This document shows positions 8,161-16,378 of a stretch of 16,378 nucleotides of DNA, piece after piece. A program made the position numbers and the translations under genes. The notes beneath the pieces were generated by a model. That model worked only from the letters and a program-made list of their open reading frames with translations, had not been told where the DNA came from and made no database searches. Source of the DNA: Erysipelothrix larvae (GTDB lineage Bacteria > Bacillota_I > Bacilli_A > Erysipelotrichales > Erysipelotrichaceae); contig NZ_CP013214.1 of the NCBI RefSeq assembly GCF_001545095.1, forward strand, positions 1 through 16,378, given 5' to 3'. Each line of letters starts with the position of its first letter. Within the stretch, counting starts at the first letter, position 1.

Positions 8161-9666
8161 ATAGTATATCAATAATGAGTCATTTCTTAAGAGAGTCCTT
8201 TTGTCATAGGTTGTTTTAATTATTGGGTTAATTCGATATGTTGCGTCTTCATTAAGCACATACAACACACGATTCCTAAACCGCTCCCAATTACGATAGC
8301 CACTTGCATTGTTTTTTATTTGCTTGATTATGCGATTTCGATTCTCAATCAACGCACTGTTTATGTGTGTGTTATGGAAACTTCATAATGGGTTTCTCCT
8401 GTTTTCTTATTTGTGACCTTTGTGCATTTTTCTACTTTATTGAAAGTTGCGACAAATTTCATTTTTCCACTTTCCTAAAGTTCGGCTAAAATCAACGATT
8501 GATGCAACTCTACTCTGAGCCATCACTCTGATGAGTGTGTTCAGATTCTCGTGTGCATTCTCAGCTTTTGATTCATTGAAGAATTGATCGAGTAAGAACT
8601 TCATGTTATATGCATCTTCAAGGCCATTGCTCGTTTGAAGAATTAGGTCTATTATGTCGTAAAGGTTTAGAAACTTTCCCAATTTCTTATTGCGTTGTTT
8701 CGGTACATTTGGATCAAATATATTGTATTTCTTATCTTTAACTGTGGTTGTTGCTTTGGGGTTTTTATAGAGTAACCAGTTGAACTTTTTAAGCAGATAG
8801 TATTGCTGGTCACGCTTATAATATTCTTGTCTTTTGACTTTATCTTCTGTTTGCTTCCAGTTCTTAGGAGGTTTTAGTTTCTTCATAGTGTCTACCCTAA
8901 TAGAGTCGATACGTTTCATTAAATCACTATAAACATGAAAACGATCAACACTGATAAACGCGTTTGGAAGGAATTGTTTTGCGACGACTCTATAGCTATA
9001 CCACATGTCGATTCCAATACCTAAGACTCCTTTGCGTTCTTCAAGGGGGATTTGGCTAAAATACGCGACTAAGTCTTGTTTCTTACGGGACGGTAATATA
9101 TCTACGATATTCTTTGTCATTGCATCAATAAGAACGCATACATAATCACTGCGATCACTGTGGTACGCATAACATTCATCAATAAGCAGATAAGCGGGTA
9201 GTTTTTGTCTGGAGACAGAAACGTGGGAATCGAAAATAGATGATACTGTAGTGGGAGATAACCGATATCTATTGGCAACTGTGGTAAACGTTTCATGTGG
9301 CGATTTAAGATCATTCAGGACATTATATACGGTCAGCTGAGTAATCTTCATATTTCGATACGCAAATGGATTGTGTTCAAAAAAGCATTTATTACACGTT
9401 GTGCATTTATAACGTCGTGCACGGTAACGAATGTAACAGGGTATATGTGTTACCAGTGAGTGGAGAAGCTTCTTTTCAGAATAATCTTTGATTGTGGATG
9501 TTTTGCTTTCACAAATTGGGCATGTTTGTTCCTCTACCTGAAGCGTAATGTACACATTCAATGCGTCACTTTGACCTTTGATATCAATCTTCTGGACTTG
9601 ATGGTGTTCTAAGTTAAATAATTCAAGAATTTTTTCGTTACTTAAAAGAGTGGCATTAGCGTTCAT
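8140..9666 (-). CDS. ISL3-family transposase (~508 codons), interrupted by two compensating frameshifts between 8353 and about 8460
   Basis: An N-terminal zf-ISL3 pattern CPICES...RRYKCTTCNKCF, a DDE core region, and the typical C-terminus IENRNRIIKQIKNNASGYRNWERFRNRVL in ORF 8140..8352. The two ORFs share a frame but are separated by 84 nt containing the terminating stop plus two more. A different frame across that gap is open (ATFNKVEKCTKVTNKKTGETHYEVSITHT). Confidence 0.9.
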
Positions 9667-9799
9667 AGAAACCCTGCCTCTCTTTGACTATTTTGATAAG
9701 GTTTCATTATGTATCTTGCTCCTAAATATAAAAATGATTGTCTGTTATTTAAATAACCATCTTCATTATATTCAATCTGAGGAGTTAAAACTATTTTTC

Positions 9800-10270
9800 T
9801 CATGTTGGTGAAGTAATGGCGGAATGATAGATATTCCGTTTTGTGGATAATATGAAGTAATTCAATCGTTCCAAATAACTTAAATGTCTCACCGATTCAT
9901 AATCGTTAAAACGTATTTTTATCCGAATATATGTTGATTCATCAATATCAGTTAAAAGCGTGCTATCAAGTTCATGGGTTAATATTATTTCAATTGTGGG
10001 TACAGACAGTTGAAAATAGGGAAGTAAGTTACTTGGTATTATTGCATGAGTTCTCTTACATTGATTACAAAAGAAACGTGCGATTTCTACGACAATGGTT
10101 AATCGCCCAGTAATTATGGTTTTCGGATAGTATCCATAACGAATCAGTGTATCTGTTTTTGAACAGCACGGACAAGGTATTGTTTTTGGATTAATTGAAT
10201 TGAGAAATTTGTAATATTCCTTTTGAGAAAACTGTTTATTATTGAATGTGTTTGAGAAAACTGTTATCAT
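9800..10270 (-). CDS. DUF6431-like zinc-ribbon protein, IS-associated accessory ORF
   Basis: CPCCSKTDTLIRYGYY...RFFCNQCKRTHAIIPSNLLPY fits my recollection of DUF6431 (CxxC ... hGxY ... CxxC-x-TH-x-lP). AAGGAG lies 7 nt upstream of the ATG. It is co-oriented with the transposase and 133 nt upstream of it. Confidence 0.55.
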   Translation of the reverse strand: MITVFSNTFNNKQFSQKEYYKFLNSINPKTIPCPCCSKTDTLIRYGYYPKTIITGRLTIVVEIARFFCNQCKRTHAIIPSNLLPYFQLSVPTIEIILTHELDSTLLTDIDESTYIRIKIRFNDYESVRHLSYLERLNYFILSTKRNIYHSAITSPT

Positions 10271-10313
10271 ATTCTTACTCCTTTATAGGAGGTATTGGAT
10301 TGGTAGAAACTTA

Positions 10314-10481
10314 GGTCTGGAAACTTGGGGTTTCTACCATTTTATTAACCTCGTTAAACTAATAATACAAAAAAAATCACTTTAATACAGCACTTAATTG
10401 TGCATAAAGTAAAGTGATTTTTTATTCTGCTGGTCTAAGATAATCAGTTTACAACAGAAATCCCCAAACTTCTTTAAAGAC
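10314..10481. repeat. Right IS-end motif cluster: motif copy (+) at 10314-10330 and inverted copy at 10461-10481. A further partial copy lies at 10532-10547.
   Basis: GGTCTGGAAACTTGGGG, and TCCCCAAACTTCTTTAAAGAC. The copy at 10314-10330 sits in the loop of a 9-bp hairpin, GGTAGAAAC / GTTTCTACC (10302-10338). Confidence 0.6.
10369..10423. terminator. Bidirectional intrinsic-terminator-like stem-loop
   Basis: AAAAAAAATCACTTTA (10369-10384) pairs with TAAAGTGATTTTTT (10410-10423). The 25-nt loop contains a nested GCAC-TTAATT-GTGC hairpin. An A-run lies on one side and a T-run on the other. Confidence 0.55.
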
Positions 10482-10630
10482 AGAGGCTAGAGCAAGATTA
10501 CCTCACCCAAGAAATAGTGTTGCGAGTGAAAACCCCAAGTAAAGTTTAATATCCGATTTTATATTATTATTTAGGGAATAAACTCTCAACCTTCACTGTT
10601 TTTTGTGCTTGAAATAGATAACTGGTCTAA

Positions 10631-11241
10631 CATTTTTTTTCGAGAATTCAAGAATTAAGAGAGCGCAAAATAGGAGTATATGTTCGTGTCAGCGCTGATG
10701 AACAAGCCAAACATGGTTATAGTGTAAGACATCAATTTGATGTACTTCAAAATGTGATCACAAATAGTGGAATAGGAGGTGTTCACAATGTAAGATTTTA
10801 TGTGGATGATGGTGAAAGTGGAACGACTATGGACCGCCCTAATTTTCAAAGACTTCTATCAGATATAAAGAAAGGTAATGTGAATCTTGTTATGGCAACT
10901 GATAGTGAGAGAATTGGACGTGAGAATGAATACAATAGTTTCTGGATTAAGTATCTGAAAGCTTACAATTGTGAGTTTTATCTACATGTGTTTATCGTAC
11001 CGATTCTGGTGTGAACGAATATAAAATCAAATTAGCATTCAGAGGGTATGAATTAAAGAAGATAAAGAAATGTTCTGAAGCAAGAATAACACGCTTATTT
11101 TTGGAGGGGAATTATGCATCACCCCAAGCACCACATGGATATCGTAAAGAAAACAAGAAATTGATTGTCATCGAAGACCCAGCTGAGGCAGTAAGAAGAA
11201 TGGTTACCCTGATGATGAATACTTTTTCTAAAGTTAATTGA
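10631..11241 (+). pseudogene. Large serine recombinase remnant: resolvase domain plus the start of the recombinase domain, with no start codon, a frameshift and a 3' truncation
   Basis: The frame opening at 10631 reads ...RKIGVYVRVSADEQAKHGYSV (catalytic Ser motif YxRVSxxxQ), then DDGESGTTMDRPNFQRLLSDIKKGNVNLVMATDSERIGRE. No ATG, GTG or TTG lies upstream of the motif before a TAA at 10628-10630. The frame shifts near 11000-11015 into ...PHGYRKENKKLIVIEDPAEAVRRM and ends at 11241, about 190 codons, whereas large serine recombinases I know are several hundred residues long. Confidence 0.8.
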
Positions 11242-11393
11242 TGCAAGTAGAAAAACCTATGTTAAAAATGTAACATCCCACAAGATTTGTGATTGCAATA
11301 AAAATAAAAATAACAATAAATGAAAGGGTATACATTTTCGGTTGTCATGATAAAATATAATTAGAGCGGAAGATATAAACAAGGGGACTAACT

Positions 11394-11798
11394 ATGATTA
11401 GAGCTACAAAAAATAATGGAAGGAAAATATTTACTGCGATTTTATTGCTTGGACTTACACTTATTTTGTTTTCAACAAACATATCAGCATTGTCAAAGAC
11501 TGATTCTTATATGACCGTAAGAGTTTCAATGGTCAGTGATAGAAAATCAGTTGATGGGTCAATTGCTAATGATACAAAGTATAACGGTCAAATAACGACG
11601 TATATTACTGAGACTATAGGGTATCAATCATTCGATTCGTCAGGCAGTTCCAGTGGTATGGGTGGAGCATATGTTAGAGTTTATTGTCAATTTAAGAATT
11701 ACGCTATTTCTAGTGCTTCTTCAAGAGGAACTGTGACTTATCAGGGTAAAACTTTGAGCACGCTCGGTTCAGGAACTGTTACAGCACCCGGTCAATAA
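11394..11798 (+). CDS. Small secreted protein of unknown function (Sec signal peptide, ~100-aa Ser/Gly/Thr-rich mature part)
   Basis: A positively charged N-terminus (RATKNNGRK), a hydrophobic core IFTAILLLGLTLILF, and an ISA-LS cleavage-like site. AAGGGGA lies 7 nt upstream of the ATG. I recognise no family motif. Confidence 0.6.
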   Translation: MIRATKNNGRKIFTAILLLGLTLILFSTNISALSKTDSYMTVRVSMVSDRKSVDGSIANDTKYNGQITTYITETIGYQSFDSSGSSSGMGGAYVRVYCQFKNYAISSASSRGTVTYQGKTLSTLGSGTVTAPGQ

Positions 11799-12012
11799 AT
11801 TCTTTTTGTTGTAAAAAATATCACTAGGGAATCCGCTCCACTAGTGATGTGCACAAAAGCGTATTAAGCTTGATTAGTTGCCGTATTTTTTACAGGTAAA
11901 ATCAAATTTACTAGTCTTGAATGTAAAAGTTATTAAGACTGATGAAAGAAAATTAAAACACAATATTATTTATTAGTCTTGGTAAGCCACGGAAGAGGGA
12001 GAAGAAGAATAT

Positions 12013-13139
12013 ATGAAGAAAGGTTTGTTGATTGGACTTTTATTGTTGGCTGGATGTACGCAAACATCCACTAAAATTGACGAGAGCATTCCTGCAAATC
12101 AGATGTTTACTGGGATGAATACTAAATTTCAAAAATTAGCATTTCAGCAACAGATGACGCAATTTATTACATTGATTCTGGAACACTTTATGTGTACGAT
12201 GATGCGATGCAAGAGTCTTTAAAATTAGCGGATTTGAACTATATCGATGATGAAGTCGTCAGTGTTTCTCAGGATTATGAGCTAGAGTATGAGAAGTATT
12301 TTGATATCATGGATGGGGAATACTTTCAATGCTATGGTGGGTCGCTCTATTATATTTCATACTATGGAACGATTGAAGGGGAAAATGGCTTAATGCTTAA
12401 TCGCCTTGATTCTGAAGGGTTAAATAAAGAAGTTGTTTATACTTTTGACACGGTCCCTGATAAGATGTTTATTACCTATGGTCACCTATTTTATGTTGAT
12501 ACTTTTACCCAGGAAGTATTTGTGGTAAACCTAAATTCGAAGGAGAAAACACAAATTATCGAACCTGAAGGACAACGTTTCCTTCGTTATGTTCCTTCAC
12601 AAGATGGTTTATATCTTAATATGTATAATCAATCAACGAATGTTAGTACATTGTATGCTTTTTCCTTTGATGATTATTCATTGGAAAATGTAATATCGGC
12701 TCCAGACTATTTTTTAGCAAGTTCTTATGATTCCAATTTTATTTTATTATGAAATCCAAGCCGATAAAATATTAGCACATGTTGTGAATGAAGCGGGTGA
12801 TGTTAGAACCACTTTTGAACATACAGTGATGGAATATATTGATGATCAGTATATTTATGCTACAAGTGCAGAATCTCCGTTGAAATTTCAAGTGTATGAT
12901 TATGATGGAACACTTGTCTATGAAGTGGAGGCAAGTGAGTCATTTGTCCCTTCGAATTCTTTGGACCTAAACGGCAGTAAGGTTGAAGTGTCTGGAATCA
13001 TCGGTGTGTTTTAAAGACACGCTGGTTGTTGTCGCAAATGACAAGAATGATGGCTTGGGATATATATACAGTAAACTATAAAACAGGTGAGTGGACTAAG
13101 ATCGCAACCTCTTCTTATCTCAACGCACTTGATAATTAG
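12013..13139 (+). CDS. Lipoprotein with DUF5050/beta-propeller-like repeats, frame broken about four times
   Basis: A lipobox, LLLLAGC, follows MKKGLLIG. There are repeated 'ly/fy-Y-ia/vd' blades (AIYYIDSGTLYVYDD, SLYYISYYG, HLFYVDTFTQEVFVVN, QYIYAT). ORFs 12013..12222, 12192..12752 and 12727..13014 chain together with two further open segments (DTLVVVANDKNDGLGYIY, VNYKTGEWTKIATSSYLNALDN-stop at 13137-13139). Shifts lie near 12135-12142, 12735-12745, 13008-13012 and 13066-13072. Confidence 0.7.
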
Positions 13140-13144
13140 GATTC

Positions 13145-15215
13145 ATGATGTTAAATCAAGAGCTAAAGCGTCTTAAATCTTATCGTGGTATTCTTCCAGG
13201 GGTCATGATACTGATGCTGGTACTCCTGGTTTTTTTGGTGGGTACATTTTATAGTGATGAAAACCAAAGTTATATAACACAACGGAATCAGTATCTTCAA
13301 GGGAATCTTTCCACTGAAGCACTCAGTAGTTCATATCTTAAAAATCAAATTGAGACGATTCAAAACTTTACGCAATATAATAACGAAATCATTGAAAACA
13401 ATCAGAAGAAAATACAGTCATCGCTTTTTAATTCAAAAGATAATTTAGTGAGGTTTAAGAAGGAAATTCAATATTATCAAACATTGAACACACTCGAATT
13501 GAATGTGGAAAATACCTATGTTCCATCGGTTGTATTGCGCTCTCCTATTTTTTCAATCCTGTCATTTATTTTTGTAATTATGTGTGTACAAGCGCTTTTC
13601 TATCAGGATGTTCAAATAAAGATTTGCGTCTTTTTGAGAGTACGCATACATCGTTGAAGCACCTATATATTTCTAAGATACTGGCATTATTAGTTAGTGT
13701 TGTTTTGTTTAGAGTGGGTATGCTTCTTATTACAGTGGGTACACTTAAGTTAATGGGGTTGTCATTATATGTTCCGATTCAATTTATTTCAGGATTCAAC
13801 CGGTTCCCTTATTATCTAAATTGTTTGTCTTATCTCATTATGATTTCAAGTCTTGGTATTCTGAGTATGCTTTTCATTGGTTCCATTCTAATCATATTTA
13901 TTCACATTTTAGAAATGATGCACTGGCATTGTTTGTATTTATTTTGATGACATTAGTTCAGTACTTAATGCATAGCTTTATCTCAATTACATCGGGTTAC
14001 AGTGTTCTCAAATATATTAATGTGTATGCTTATCTTATTGGATCAATGCCAAGCTTTAATATTTCGATTGTTTTGGGACTAGGGTTTCAACTTGCTACAC
14101 TGCAAATTGTTGCACTGTGTGTTCTTACTGTTTGTGTTAGCATTTTATCTTGGGGAATGTATCGAAATATCAATCGAATTGGCTTTAAGCAGTTTGACCT
14201 TAAACTTTCCTTTAGGTTTAAATCACTTGCCCTTCAAGAATTCTTCCAAATGGGAATCCTTTATAAAGCATTTTTAATCTGTGTAATCTTAATTGGATAC
14301 AATGGGTATCGCTATATGAGCTATACCATCTTAGAAGATGCAGAACAAGCAAACGTGGATGCTATGCGTGCTGAGTATCTGGGGATTGTTGATGCGGATG
14401 TTTTGGAAGCTTTGAACGTGCGCATCCTTGACGCTCAAGAAGCGCGCGACAAACTCAATGCCTGTATTGATAATACAATGGATTGTGATGAAACCAATAA
14501 TAGTGAACTCATCGAGAAAGCAAACAACCTCAGTACCCTTGTCATGATACGCGATGAAATCGAACAAGTACTAATAAATGGGGAGGCCTACTATTCAAAT
14601 ATACAAGGGTACGAACAGCTTTTTGGTAGAGAGTCCTTGTTTAGCATGCAGATTCATTTTATAACCCTTTCTTTAGCACTGATGAGTCTTGTGTTTATGT
14701 TTGTGAATCCAACGAAGACATCAAAGATTGATGCACTTTTTGATAGTACTCTTTTAGGTCGAAAACAAAAGAAGAAGATCGACCTCCAGTTGTTGTTGGG
14801 GATTGGTGGGGTGCTCTGTATTGGTGTTTATGGAATATATATTGCGAAGATCTTAAAATACTATAATTTGTTTACTGTGAACTATCCAATGAGTCTAATT
14901 CTTGACACTGACCTGTCCTTGGATGTTTCACTTGCAGTGTACATGGTGTGTACACTGTTAATTAGGGCCTTGGTGTATGGATTGATTGTTTTGAGTAGTT
15001 ATCGACTTGCCCGACAAACAAGCGGATTAAAGGCATTATTTGGCATGATATTTGTTGTTATTGTGGTGATGGGGTTGTTTACACTCTTCCCTGAATACTC
15101 ACCACTTATGGTGCTTACAACGGCTATATTAGAACATCCTGTGGTTGCGGTAGGTTATATGAGTTTGGTCATTGGTGGTATTGGTATGAATGTGAAAAGA
15201 GGGTTAATATCATGA
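13145..15215 (+). CDS. Large polytopic membrane protein, putative fused (duplicated) ABC-2-type permease, frame broken twice
   Basis: ORFs 13145..13657, 13582..13947 and 13821..15215 join at shifts near 13612-13616 (A-run) and near 13905-13915. Each half has a leader TM, a helical hydrophilic domain and a TM bundle. The stop overlaps the ATPase start (ATGA at 15212-15215). Confidence 0.7.
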
Positions 15216-16054
15216 GTATTCTTGAGCTTAAAAACATAACAAAACGCTATGGAGAAACCATAGCGCTGAATAAGATTAGTTTATCGTTAGATGAGGGTGT
15301 GTATGCTTTATTGGGACACATGGTGCTGGGAAATCGACCCTTATTAATATTTTAAGCACAACCTTGGGCTATGAAGGGGACGTTTTATATCATGGAAAAA
15401 GCATTCATCAATTGGGTGATGACTATCGAAAGATGATTGGCTATATGCCACAACAACAATCGCTAATCCCTAATCTCACAGTGGAGTCTTTTTTGATTTA
15501 TATGAGTACAATGAAAGGGATTAAGCGAAACGTGATTTCAGAGAACGTAAACACCATCATGAACGCACTGATTTAGAAACGATTAAACATAAATCTTTGG
15601 ATCAATTATCAGGTGGTATGAAGCAGCGGGTCCTCATTGCCCAAGCACTGCTTAATGATCCCAAGATATTATTATTGGATGAGCCGACAGCAGGCCTTGA
15701 CCCCGTTCAACGGTTAAATTTAAGAAAGGTTATCGCGGAAGTAGCGACAGATCGCATTGTTTATTCTTGCAATGCATGTTATCTCGGATGTTGAAATGAT
15801 TGCAGACCAGATTATTGTGATGAAAGATGGACAAATTCTGTCGATAAAGAATCAAGAAGCACTGATTAATGATACAAATGTTTTTGAATCGTATGAATCC
15901 TTTGAGTCAATCAAAAAATGAGGATGATTCTGCGAAGTTTGTGAGCGCAATGGCTACATCAAACGGTTTAAAGATTCGCTTTATTTCAAAACTTTTACAT
16001 GAGAGACAAGTCCAGACAACCCTTGATGATGTGTACATTGATTTGTTAGGCTGA
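15212..16054 (+). CDS. ABC transporter ATP-binding protein (ABC-2 / DrrA-like subfamily), frame broken about four times
   Basis: [35 protein letters not shown], then (after a shift at 15318-15321) [12 protein letters not shown] (Walker A). The Q-loop is IGYMPQQQ, the signature is LSGGMKQR, Walker B is [12 protein letters not shown], and the H-loop region reads MHVISDVE. The C-terminal tail ends [10 protein letters not shown]. Further shifts lie near 15570-15572, 15760-15762 and 15913-15918. AGAGGG lies upstream of the ATG. Confidence 0.9.
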
Positions 16055-16378
16055 CAGTTTAAAATATTTTGTTCAATATTGATTGAAACGAGAATAATGG
16101 ATTTATGGAGAAATTGAATTCTTAGAAAGTAAGGATTTATAGGTAGCAGAATATGTGTGAATATGCTTTATTCAACGCTTTTAAATGTTTACCAATGTAT
16201 CCATTGAACTGTTGATTGTCACTTCAAAGATAATCGTAATATTAAAAATTTTTTTCGCAAATAGTGCCACACTTTATTTGTAAATGCTGATTGAATCTCA
16301 GCTCGCTACGGCATTTTTTCTTTCATTTATGCCTTTGAAAATAAGATAAACCAAACACTTTAAAGAGGGAGTTTAGAG

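Larger units (their letters stand above)
8031..10483 (-). mobile_element. ISL3-family insertion sequence carrying two ORFs (DUF6431-like plus transposase). These are the outer candidate boundaries.
   Basis: The candidate terminal inverted repeats are GGTCTGAAATAACTTGGGGA (8031-8050) and the reverse complement of 10461-10481, GTCTTTAAAGAAGTTTGGGGA. They start with GGTCT/GTCT, like ISL3 ends I recall. A second, inner inverted pair (8092-8115 and 10314-10330) gives an alternative boundary of about 8091-10331. No clean 8-bp target duplication was found for either choice. Confidence 0.55.

Noticed and set aside
8353-8460. Programmed ribosomal frameshifting in the transposase
   Set aside because: Two shifts in opposite directions are required, no slippery heptamer or structure is evident, and ISL3 transposases are not known to me to use recoding. 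Similar indels occur throughout the window.
9117-10113. ORFs 9117..9314(-, other frame) and 9931..10113(+)
   Set aside because: They are embedded in the transposase and DUF6431-like genes and have no independent support.
10655-10849. ORF 10655..10849(-)
   Set aside because: It is antisense to the serine recombinase resolvase-domain remnant, whose catalytic motif clearly defines the coding strand.
14092-14567. ORFs 14092..14277(+) and 14331..14567(-) inside the permease
   Set aside because: These are alternative-frame or antisense ORFs within a long, continuous, hydrophobic reading frame.
11394-16054. Calling the operon a lactococcin 972-type bacteriocin locus
   Set aside because: Only the gene-order logic is similar. 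The ATPase Walker A region (NGAGKST) is DrrA/ABC-2-like rather than the MacB/LolD-like type I associate with that system. I see no lactococcin 972 sequence signature in the small protein. The comparison is kept only as an analogy.
16055-16378. A possible riboswitch, T-box or small gene in the terminal 324 nt, and the direct repeat GAATATG-TGT-GAATATG at 16149-16165
   Set aside because: I found no conserved leader motifs, no convincing stem-terminator pair and no ORF. A 7-bp repeat in AT-rich DNA is weak evidence. The AGAGGGAG at the very end probably serves a gene starting beyond the window.

Overview
AT-rich, low-GC Firmicutes-style chromosomal segment with GGAGG-type ribosome-binding sites. 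It has three parts. (1) 1-4240 is a housekeeping and sugar/DNA-repair block: the 5' part of a GH1 6-phospho-beta-glucosidase, an APH/choline-kinase-fold phosphotransferase, Tag glycosylase, a YdjC/ChbG deacetylase, and two further HhH-GPD glycosylase modules. (2) 4361-8006 holds two intact operons: a PadR regulator with a DUF1700/HAAS-type membrane partner, and an AEC-family transporter with a D-2-hydroxyacid dehydrogenase. (3) 8031-16054 is an accessory block. It contains an ISL3-type IS that also carries a DUF6431-like zinc-ribbon ORF, a truncated serine recombinase remnant, and a four-gene operon. That operon encodes a small Sec-secreted protein, a beta-propeller-like lipoprotein, an internally duplicated ~690-aa permease and an ABC-2-type ATPase, and it is the best candidate for an uncharacterised system. 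About two dozen +/-1 frameshifts, mostly at short homopolymers, break many genes. None falls in 4361-8006 or in tag, so several ORF-track fragments are pieces of single genes. I cannot tell from sequence alone whether these are assembly errors or real decay. No rRNA, tRNA or CRISPR array was seen.
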